In this document: in pieces, positions 1 to 9,816 of the stretch
How positions within the stretch are numbered: the stretch's first letter is position 1
How the letters are laid out: every line of letters begins with the position of its first letter
Assembly: GCF_006345805.1 (NCBI RefSeq)
Contig: NC_043002.1
Span: 66,588,001-66,652,000 of the forward strand
Length of the DNA: 64,000 nucleotides
Reading direction: 5' to 3'
DNA from: Octopus sinensis
Taxonomy: Eukaryota
Position numbers and translations under genes: made by a program
Notes under the pieces: model-generated
Told to the model about the DNA's origin: nothing
The model's input: the letters and a program-made list of their open reading frames with translations, nothing else
Databases searched by the model: none

Positions 1-53
1 TAAATAGAGGAATTTATCTGTAATATAATATGTGACAATTATTCGGTCGCCGT

Positions 54-114
54 AATAAGACCCCGAGTTTCTGATGTCGGGGCGGAAAACTGCTCCGGCA
101 TCTCTTCAGTTATC
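54..114 (-). ncRNA. Minimal type I hammerhead ribozyme-like motif (left arm of palindrome)
   Basis: Minus strand reads GATAA-CTGAAGA-GATGCCGG...CCGACATC-A-GAAAC-TCGGG-GTC-TTATT: intact CUGANGA and GAAA boxes, GUC triplet, 5-bp stem I, stem II GATG/CATC. One extra base before G12 is non-canonical. Confidence 0.55.
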
Positions 115-143
115 GAGGCAATCAAGTTATTTTGATTGCCTCG

Positions 144-202
144 TTAACTGAAGAGATGCCGGATCAGTTTTTCTCCCCGACATCCGAAACTCGGAGTCTT
201 AT
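144..202 (+). ncRNA. Minimal type I hammerhead ribozyme-like motif (right arm of palindrome)
   Basis: TAA-CTGAAGA(148-154)-GATGCCGG...CCGACATC-C-GAAAC(186-190)-TCGGA-GTC(196-198)-TTA; stem III ACTC-G-GAGT is palindromic; stem I only 3 bp. Confidence 0.5.
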
Positions 203-238
203 TATGGCAACCGAATAATTGTCACATATTATATTACA

Positions 239-276
<38 letters not shown>

Positions 277-617
277 CATGTGTGTGTGTGTATATTTACA
301 TAAATGTATGTATGTATATGTCTGTGTGCGTGTGTCTTTGTGTGAGAGGGTGTTCGTGCACGCGCGTGTGTGTGCGTGTGTAAACATATAAACACACATG
401 CAACTATACACGCACAATGGTAGAAAGGGACAGAGTATGAATAAAAATAGAGAGTGAGAGATACAGATAGACAGAGATATTTCTATATGATATAGAAAAA
501 TTTATGCTCATACCCTCATGTATAGACTGGAATGCTAGGAGATATATACATGTTTTTCATTATTCATATATATATATGAATATATATATACGTACATACA
601 TACATATTTGTATAGAT

Positions 618-793
618 AGCAAATAAGTAACAAGGATGCATTACGGCCGTTTCAAGCGGCTCCATTTAATTGATCAATGCAATCATTGCGTCTGAGGAGA
701 GAAGTTTATTTCAAATTGATGTAATGATTGCATTGATCCGCCTGAAACGGCCGAAATTCACATATGCCTGGACATCCTTGTTACTTGATTGCT
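618..793. mobile_element. Nested inverted-repeat element with degenerate hammerhead boxes (Penelope-like pLTR remnant)
   Basis: Three nested IR pairs: AGTAACAAGGATG/CATCCTTGTTACT, CGGCCGTTTCAAGCGG/CCGCCTGAAACGGCCG, GATCAATGCAATCATT/AATGATTGCATTGATC. CTGAGGA at 692-698 and GAAACGGCCG at 744-753. Confidence 0.55.
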
Positions 794-887
794 TTTTATT
801 CACCTAACTTCGAGCTGTGCGGACAAAACTAGACAGACTTGATGCCTCAACTTATGTACTTAATTTAACTGAATCTTGATTATTTCT

Positions 888-1350
<463 letters not shown>

Positions 1351-1494
1351 TGGAAGTAAAGACTTTCGGCAGGGATACAAGATTTCAGATGCACAGGGAG
1401 GAATATAGATGTTGCACGGACGGTAGTCGAACCAAGAAAGAAAGGTCAGGCTTGGCCGAACACCGGTTACATGGGGAGAGAAGAGAGAAAGGTA

Positions 1495-1806
1495 GGACTT
1501 ATTCTTTGGAAGCCAAGTACTTATTCTATCGGTCTCTTTTGCCGAACCGCTAAGTTACGGGGACGTAAACACACCACCATCTGTTTTCAGGCATTGTTAG
1601 GCGACAAACATGGACACACAAACATATACACACATATACAAATATATATACATATATACGACGTACTTCTTTCAGTTTCTGTCTACCAAATCCACTCACA
1701 AGGCTTTGGTCGACCCGAGGCTATAGTAGAAGACACTTGCCCAAAGTGCTACGCAGTGGGATTGAACTCAGAACCATGTGGTTCGTAAGCAAGCCACTCC
1801 TGCGCC
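1495..1806 (-). mobile_element. SINE family A (tRNA-like head, central microsatellite, conserved tail), 3'-truncated
   Basis: Reverse complement of the recurrent GGCGCAGGAGTGGCT...GGTTCCGGGTTCAGTCCC...GCCTTGTGAGTGGATTTGGTAGACGGAAACTGAAAGAAG head and tail seen about 20 times in this window. Confidence 0.9.
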
Positions 1807-1818
1807 TATGTATATATA

Positions 1819-1866
<48 letters not shown>

Positions 1867-2090
1867 ACATGTATGTGTATGTATGTATGTATGTATGTAT
1901 GTATGTATGTATGCATGCATGTATGAGTTTGTATGTATGTATGTATGTATGTACGTATGTATGTGAGAGTTCGTGCATGAATGCGTACACAAATACACAC
2001 AGACACACGCATGTACATATGTATGTATACATGTATAAACACCACCCCTACACACACACACGCCACGCACTCGCGCGTGCATATGTGTAT
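1807..2090. repeat. Compound (TA)n/(TATG)n/(CA)n microsatellite
   Basis: Direct reading. Confidence 0.9.
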
Positions 2091-2283
2091 ATAAAAATGC
2101 CCTCTAATGATGCAGTGCAGTCGGTTTGCATGTCTGTCAGAAAACCAAAACCGAAACAACAAACAGTTTATAACAATCAATTATAATCTTGATCTTGATT
2201 GTCTCGCCAACTATTGTTTTCCTTCTCTTGTTATCTTTTCTCTATTGGATCATTATTGAAACGTCGTAGTCGTTTTCGTTTTC

Positions 2284-2374
2284 GTTGTTGTTATTGTTGT
2301 TGTTGTTGTTATTATCATTATCATCATCATTCAATTATTATTATTATTATTATTATTTACTACTACTACTACTA

Positions 2375-2412
<38 letters not shown>

Positions 2413-2415
2413 ATA

Positions 2416-2492
<77 letters not shown>

Positions 2493-2493
2493 A
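2284..2493. repeat. Compound trinucleotide microsatellite GTT>ATT>ATC>ATT>ACT>AAT>GAT>AAT>AAG
   Basis: Direct reading. Confidence 0.95.
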
Positions 2494-2994
2494 ATTTTGT
2501 TATTGTATCGTCGGCTTTCTTTTCATCATCTATGGAATTAGGTTTCTCTCGGGAAATTTATGCATACGCATGCGCAAACACAAACACAAACACAAACACG
2601 CGCAAGCTAAACACACGCACACACACACACACACACACGCACGCACACACGCTTGCGCGCGCAAACATGTGTATGTACACAACACACAAGCACAAACACA
2701 CAAATATAGATATGCAAGTATACGTGTGTGTGTGAGAGAGTGAGGTGTATTAGAGCGAAAATTCGATATATTGATTGGCCTTTCGTGATCTACAGGTAGC
2801 CATCGGTTGATTCGGAACCCCATTTGATTCCTGTTAATCGAAGATGTTTGATTTGTGATATCCAATGCCTTCTTAACAACGTTGTGTAAATTCAGCAAAA
2901 ACTGCTCCACTAAATAAAGTCGAGAGGGAGTTGAATACATCGTTCGCGAAGATATTAGTTTTCTCTTGGCGCTCACCGCATCCAGAAAGCGAGT

Positions 2995-2995
<1 letters not shown>

Positions 2996-3035
<40 letters not shown>

Positions 3036-4190
3036 GCAGAGAGACAGAGGACGAGAGGGAGCGAGGCAGAGACAGAGGATGAGAGGAAGAGGGCAGAGAG
3101 ATAGAGGGAGAGGTAGAGAAACAGAGGATGGGAGGAAGAGGGCAGAGTGGCAGAGAACGAAAGGGAGAGCGGCAGAGAGACACAGAGAGAGAGGGCGAGA
3201 GGGAGAGGGGCAGAGAGAGATAGAGGACTAGAAGGAGAGGGAAGAGAAAGGGAGAGGACGAGAGGGAGAGGGCAGAGAAACAGACGGAGAGGGCAGAGAG
3301 ACAGACGGAGAGGGCAGAGAGACAGACGGAGAGGTATAGAGAGACAGAGAGAGAGCGGAAGGGAAAGAGACAGAGAGAGAGAGAGAGAGAGAAAGGAGGG
3401 AATGAGAAAGGGGCAGAGAGACATAGTGAGAGAGGGAGAGGTACAGAAAGACAGAAGGAGAGGTACAGAGAGACAGAAGGAGAAAGAAAGAAGCACACAG
3501 AGAGAAAGAGAAGAGAGGGAGTGAGAGAGAGGGGCAGAGAGACAGAGTGAGAGATGGAGAGGGACAGAGAGACAGACGGAAAGAGGGGAGAGAAGGATTG
3601 AGACAGGGTGAGAGTGTAACAAAGACATGCTCTCACATTCACACATACTACTTCATAGAAAGAGGGAGAGAGAGAAGCAGCGAAGCAGAGGGACAGAGAG
3701 ACAGAGGAAGACAGAGAACCAGAGATACAGAAGAAGAGAGAGAGAGGGTCTGAGAGACAGAGGAAGAGAGGGGAGAGCGGAACTGAGACAGGGTGACGGT
3801 GTAGCAAAGACATGCTCTCACATTCATACACACACTTCACAGAGAGAGGGAGAGAGAGAGAAAAGAGAGAGAGAAAGAGAGAGGGGGCGAGAGAGAAGAG
3901 AGAGGGAGAAAAGAGAGAGAGAGAGAGGAAGAAAAGAGAGAGAGAGAGAGAGAGGAAGAGACAGAACGAGAAAGAGAGAGGCAGAGAGACAGTGGGAGAG
4001 ACATGCACTCACATTCACACAATACTTCACAGAGAGAAAGAAAGAGAGAGATCTACACACACTCACTCACACACACATACACAATCACACACTCACGCAC
4101 TCATGCTCATAAATAGATCTGCATACAGACACACGCACACACGCACTGGGGCACATATACATACGCACATACATGCATGCATAAATACAG

Positions 4191-4222
<32 letters not shown>

Positions 4223-4480
4223 GCATGTACACAAACTCGCTCAGAGGGAGAAAGTGAAAGAGAAAGGAGAAGACATGCACTTACACACATACGTGTGTGT
4301 GTGTATGTGTGTGTGTGTGTGTGTGCGTGTATACGTGTGTAATTGCGTACACACAGTCATACACACAGACATTCACACACACACACACGCAGACCCTCAC
4401 AGAGAGAAAGAGAGAGAGAGCAAGAAAGAGAGAGAAGAAGAGAAAGAAAGACATGCATATACATTCACACAAGCACATGG
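2996..4480. repeat. GA-rich low-complexity tract containing a degenerate ~180-190 bp tandem repeat
   Basis: Anchor (A/G)AGACATGC(T/A)CTCACATTCACAC recurs at 3621, 3806, 3997, 4269 and 4447; a ~21-bp GAGGGCAGAGAGACAGACGGA unit occurs three times near 3270-3330. Confidence 0.8.
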
Positions 4481-5353
4481 ACAGAAAGAAACGCGTACAC
4501 ACACACACAAACATACATACACAAAACCACACACACACACACACACACAACACACACTCACTCACTCACTACGGCATTTCAACAAGAAGCTTGCTTTACT
4601 AGTTGTCATCACAAACCAAACAGGCTGAAGCGCAACAGTTTTCACTGACTCTTCAACAAGAATACTCTGTTTAGTCAGATGTTTGTAAACCATTTCAACG
4701 CAAAACTTCGCATAGATGTGAAAAGATTCTTACATCAAAATTCCATTAGGATATCAAATTGAGTTCCCGAAAATAGAATGTCGAAACCAAAGTTCACTTA
4801 ATTAGCTGCGGAACTCAAGTAGGTTTTATCTACGATAAGCTCAAACGTAGAATAACAATAAAAGCTGTTTTACCCATAATGCCTTGGTCGCCAATAGCCA
4901 TCGGCTTCGGGTTTCTTTGGCCGCTGGTGACAAAACGATTGTAAAACAGCATTTCTTTAACTATGATAAAACACGCAAGAATGTAGCAAGAATATTTCCT
5001 TGTCGACATTCTTGAACCCGAGAGGCAGATAACTACAACAATTGGTTCTCTATTCTCTTGTATATTAAATACTGTGGTAGATAGTTCACTTGGTTTATGT
5101 TAAATTATCAAATGCACATTTTTTCGAGTAAATTTTCGGAATCATATATAATATCTAAAAAAAGAAAAAAAAGGTGGCTGTAGGTGTGAGGGGTCTCGGA
5201 ATTTAAGGTAGGGTTCGTTTTTTGGCTCAAATAATCGGAAATAGCTTCTTAAGTACTAATCGGATAGCCATACACGGTGCTGATATTCTGTACAATAAGA
5301 GTAACATATGTGGGGAAAGTTCGCTCTTCAGCTCGTTTCTCTCGCGAAGGGCA

Positions 5354-5354
<1 letters not shown>

Positions 5355-5432
<78 letters not shown>

Positions 5433-5452
5433 ATGTATATATATATATATAT
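5355..5452. repeat. (TCTA)n then (TA)n microsatellite
   Basis: Direct reading. Confidence 0.97.
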
Positions 5453-5665
5453 AAAGTTAATCCAAACAAGAAAGCACAAAAAAACACAACAACGCGAGCA
5501 CGTGGAACAAATATAGTATTATTAGACGCGCAGGAAAGAGGGAAAGAAGGAGGGTTTAACGTTTCGAGCGGAGCTCTTCGTCGGAAACATAGGAGAAGAA
5601 AAGATCCAGAGAAGGGAAGACAGAGGAAAAAAATCGCCAACGGTACACACGCGGTCACATTTTGA
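5453..5665 (-). mobile_element. Short TA-flanked Penelope-like / retrozyme-like element (P1)
   Basis: About 210 bp between two (TA)n tracts; central hammerhead motif followed by a pyrimidine-rich tail; same architecture as 36845-37020 and 41080-41250. Confidence 0.6.
5554..5588 (-). ncRNA. Minimal type I hammerhead ribozyme-like motif
   Basis: Minus strand GTTT-CCGACGA-A-GAGC-TCC-GCTC-GAAACGTT-AAAC: stem I GTTT/AAAC, stem II GAGC/GCTC, palindromic stem III ACGT; U4>C variant. Confidence 0.6.
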
Positions 5666-5695
5666 ATATATATATATATAATATTATAAATATAT

Positions 5696-6017
5696 GTGAA
5701 GGCACATAGCTCTGTGGTTAGAGCGTCGAGCTTACGATCGTGAAGTAGTGACTTCGATTTCCGGACCGGGCTGCGTGTTATGTTTTATTTCACGTTGCTT
5801 CAGTTCACTCAGCAGTAGAAATGAGTTACGACATCACTGGTGCCAAGCTGTATCGGCCTTTGCCTTTCTCTTGGCTAACATCAGTGGCGTGGAGAAGGGA
5901 GGCTGGTACGCATGGGCAACTGCTGGTCTTCCATAAACAATCTTGCCCAAACTTGTGCATCAGAGGGTAACTTTCTGGGTGAAATCCCATGGTCATTCAT
6001 GACCGAAGAGGGTCTCA
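5696..6017 (+). mobile_element. SINE family C (tRNA-derived head, CORE-like central domain)
   Basis: A-box-like TAGCTCTGTGG, B-box-like ACTTCGATTTC, then TTTATTTCACGTTGCTTCAGTTCACTCAGC shared with copies at 30.4-30.6, 51.1, 52.75, 55.4 and 62.9 kb. Confidence 0.85.
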
Positions 6018-6024
6018 ATAAATA

Positions 6025-6028
6025 TGTG

Positions 6029-6105
<77 letters not shown>
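6025..6105. repeat. (TA)n microsatellite
   Basis: Direct reading. Confidence 0.98.
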
Positions 6106-6109
<4 letters not shown>

Positions 6110-6197
6110 TAATAAATAAAATATATGCATACATACATACATATATGTACGTACCTACATCTACATGTATATATACATGCATATATAAATATATATA

Positions 6198-6860
6198 CGT
6201 GAGTACAGGACACCACAAATGGACGTAGAACTCAACGAGAAACGAAAACGTAAAAACAAACATGGAAACGGACCTTTTTTAATAACGAAAAAACGAAGTA
6301 CAAGACAAACTACACAAGGAAAAATCCCCTTCATCAGCTGTCCCTAGTTCAACTCCAGCGTGTTTCGAAGGTGAGGACAGAACACGACTTGTCGAACTAG
6401 CCCTTCCTGCGAAAGAATTAAATAAAATTACTTCGCAGAGGGGTAAAAACAAGGAAAGAAAAAAATGTGACAAAAACAGGACGTAAAAACGATACAAATA
6501 AAATTACAAAATAAAATACAAAATAAAAATACAATTACAAAAAAATACAGTACAAGGAATAACAACAAACAAGAAAACAAACAATGAGGGCCTTTTTTTG
6601 CCTAGACGAGGAAAGATTCTTAAGAGCGCTGGAAGAACATGTGTTCACTGTTAGAAGGCCGCAGGCGAAAGGAAGTAGTCGCCCGGCTGTGTGAGAGATG
6701 AGGAGGAGTGAGAGAGAGAGGGATAGAGGAAGACAAGCGGCTGTGAGAGAGATGAGGAGGAGTGAGAGAGAGAGAGAGAGAGAGAGAAGAGAGAGAGAGA
6801 TAAGGAAGGAAGGGAAGGTCAAGCAGAGGGTTTTAGAGTTTCGCGTCATAATTATATATG
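6198..6860 (-). mobile_element. ~660-bp TA-flanked interspersed element (family P3), class uncertain
   Basis: Its 6198-6350 part is homologous in reverse to 54330-54490 and 59960-60140 (CTGATGAAGGG...GTG.(T/C)GTCCTGTA); internal 54-bp-period duplication starting at 6684 and 6738. Confidence 0.5.
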
Positions 6861-7583
6861 TATCATACTGAGATCTCGTTGCTATTTATAAGACTATGTA
6901 TTGAAGAGGTCTAATAAGATTGAAAAGAATTCAGAGTTGTCACTATATTTACGAAAAGTCCGGCACATTTTCCGCTGTATATCACCATTTAAATTTTAAT
7001 TAATTTAAATTTCTGAATTCTCTCCCTTACTCTTCCTGCCTACAGTTGTCATCAGCAGTAAAGTTTCTTCTCACGTCAGGTCTAATTTTAACTGATAATC
7101 AATTATTTTTTTTACTCACTACATTAAGCATACCATGCTACCAACACTTATCTATACGTTCTTCATACAAGCGGCATTTCTGAGAGATTTTTTTTCCAAT
7201 GTCGTCTTTAAAAAGTCAGCTTCTTCCCAATATAGGAACATTTGGTGCATTTCCCATGTCAGTTCTGCTCGGTATCCTATAAACAATCGTGAGTCAAAGA
7301 GAAGTTGGGGGAGAAAGAAGAAGAAACAGCACTTCTATAAGTGGAAGAAAAAAAATGTTATGAGCACGGTGCAGAGAGAGACACTCGTGCTATTTTCACG
7401 TTAGATCTTTATCTTCTAATAACGAAAAAATAAACAAATAAATAAAATAAATAATAACGACAAAGAAAGAAATACTCAATGTCAGTTCAACTATTTCCTG
7501 TTATAGCAGAAGTTGCAATATATACACAACTAATTTTTTTATTAAACTTTCAATCCGATACACACACATCAACGCGCATAAGT

Positions 7584-7617
<34 letters not shown>

Positions 7618-7747
7618 TGCACGCGCGTATTATCTCTCCCCCTACACTCCCTCTCTGTCCCTTATTCCCTTTAGCTTTCTATATATATGTGAAGGTGTAA
7701 GTTGTAAGTGGGTGAATATATATTACATATATACATACATACATGCA

Positions 7748-7805
<58 letters not shown>

Positions 7806-9003
7806 GGCACACATACACACTCACATATACATACATATAATATATACACACATATACATACATATACATATATAAATTGCATGCATCCATGCATACATAC
7901 ATACATACATATATATATATGTATATATTGTTTCGCTGATTACTTATGACAGCCCATGTATTTGTATGTATGTATGTATGTATGTATGTATGTATGTATT
8001 ATGTTTGTTTGTATGTATGTATGTATGTATGTATGTATGTATGTATGTATGTATGTATGTATGTATGTATGTATTTATTTGACTGTATAACTACGCGTAT
8101 GCTAATTTAAATGTGGATGTTAACCTGTGTTATCATATAAACGCTTACCTAATGCAGTATCATGCAACCAGCTTGGTTTTGCAGATTGTACTGGTGATTA
8201 AACTGGTACGATCAATGGATAACGTTTAAAGGGCACCTAGCGTCAAAAGGCGGTCACGTGATAAATGACGTCGAATGCCTTTTACAATGCATCAGACTTC
8301 CTTCGTTAAAATTCATAAAAAAAAAATCGAGCGTGTTGAGGCACATTGATACTCATTTGGTTTTATTATTAAGTTTCGATGTTTTCGCAAACACTTGTGG
8401 TGGTTATTAAAGAAAACATTATTATTATTATTATCATTATTATTATTATTATTATTATTATCATTATTATTATTATTATTATTATTATGAGAGCTTATGT
8501 AGAATGGTGAGTAGTGCAAAGTTTATTTTCTTTTCCTGTAAAACAAAGTTTGCAGAAAACTTTGCAAATCTCTAAACGTTGGTGGTCTGTCTCGAATTGC
8601 TCATATAATGTTGGTATTTTTTCATTTTTCTTCGTCTTTTTGCTCTGGAGATAATTTCTGAGAGTGCTCCAAAAACTAGATCTCGAAATGGCAGCGGCGG
8701 AATAAACGAGAATTTTGACTAGAAGCTCTGCAGATTCTATGACTTAAACATGTGGCTAGAAGCATTTAAACGCTCAGTAAGTGAAATATCGAATTTCATT
8801 GTCGGACATTAATCTAAGGAAGACAGTCAGGAAATTTGTTGTATTTCTGCGATCTAAAATTGATGTTTTTAAAGATAAAATTTTATATCATGTTTAATAT
8901 TGTTTAGACAAACTCACAAACAAGCACGTATTTATACTCAAACAAACATATACTTCTATTTCTTCGGATAAAAGACGTTTCGGCATAAACGTTCTGGCCT
9001 CAT

Positions 9004-9077
9004 CTATTTAGCGTCACTGATTCGACGCTGACTTTTTGACCTATTTAGCGTCACTGATTCGACGCTGACTTTTTTGA

Positions 9078-9078
<1 letters not shown>
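9004..9078. repeat. 37-bp tandem duplication, each unit with an AGCGTC/GACGCT hairpin
   Basis: CTATTTAGCGTCACTGATTCGACGCTGACTTTTTGAC at 9004 and 9041 (one extra T in the second copy). Confidence 0.95.
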
Positions 9079-9146
<68 letters not shown>

Positions 9147-9180
9147 CATCATCATCATCATCATCATCATCATTATTATT
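9079..9180. repeat. (ATT)n/(ATC)n microsatellite
   Basis: Direct reading. Confidence 0.97.
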
Positions 9181-9196
9181 TGATTCTAGTCCTCTG

Positions 9197-9816
9197 GGAT
9201 CTTTTCCTTTTGAACGGCACTTTGTAACATAATTTCTAGGTAACTAAAAAGTGTTAAACTTCGTATACTGGTAGAATGTGTTTATAAAACATCATTTTCT
9301 CTTGGCTTTTTTGAGAAAATTCTATGTTGTAATATATTTAGTCTTTAATTTCGAGCATTTCGGCAATTTTAACCAATCACTGGCGTCCATTTAGGTAAAT
9401 AACATTCTGTGCATAATAACTATGTCCCTCCTTTAAGAAACAGATTGGGTTTATTTACATTTGTGAAGAAAAAAGATACCCTTCCCCCACCCCTAACCCT
9501 AACCCTAACCAACCCTAACTTTAACTCTAAATCTAAAATAGATTGAAATGCAATAGATCGATACTAGGGTTATAATTATGGGTGACAATTTCATACGACA
9601 CCGCTACGGAAAATGGGATTTTTTCTAGCGGTGTCAAATGAAAATTGCCGAAATGCTCGAAATTAAAGACTAAATATGTTACAACATATAGAATTTTCTC
9701 AAAAAAGCCAAGAGAAAATGATGTTTTATAAACACATTCTACCAGTATACGAAGTTTAAAACTATTTAGTTACCTAGAAATTATGTTACAAAGTGCCGTT
9801 CAAAAGGAAAAGATCC
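9197..9816. mobile_element. Non-autonomous DNA transposon (MITE), ~175-bp TIRs, 8-bp TSD
   Basis: 9197-9370 is the near-identical reverse complement of 9641-9816 (ends GGATCTTTTCC.../...GGAAAAGATCC); flanks GTCCTCTG (9189-9196) and GCCCTCTG (9817-9824); internal (CCCTAA)n at 9491-9519. Confidence 0.9.

Larger units (their letters stand above)
19..238. repeat. Long fold-back palindrome (107-bp arms, 6-nt loop), probably an inverted duplication of a Penelope-like pLTR segment
   Basis: 19-125 is the reverse complement of 132-238 with 8 substitutions and no indels; loop GTTATT at 126-131; (TA)n tract follows on the right. Confidence 0.92.

Noticed and set aside
5696-5770. tRNA-like sequences (also at 30678, 34267, 43546, 51016, 62780)
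   Set aside because: They have A/B boxes but no complete cloverleaf and continue into SINE cores and tails, so they are SINE heads rather than tRNA genes.
6330-6380. P3 family GAAAC...CTGATGA in type II hammerhead order (also 54340-54375, 59975-60010)
   Set aside because: Stem I cannot be formed in any of the three copies; kept only as a repeat family.
8230-8700. E-box GTCACGTGAT, TGACGTC and AAATGGCAGCGGCGG as a promoter (similarly AATGGCG + ACTTCCGG at 33422-33442 and TGACGTCA at 13569-13576)
   Set aside because: Short motifs expected by chance in 64 kb and common inside DNA transposons; no independent support.
9491-9519. (CCCTAA)n as a true telomere or fusion scar
   Set aside because: Only 3-4 units and located inside a TIR element.
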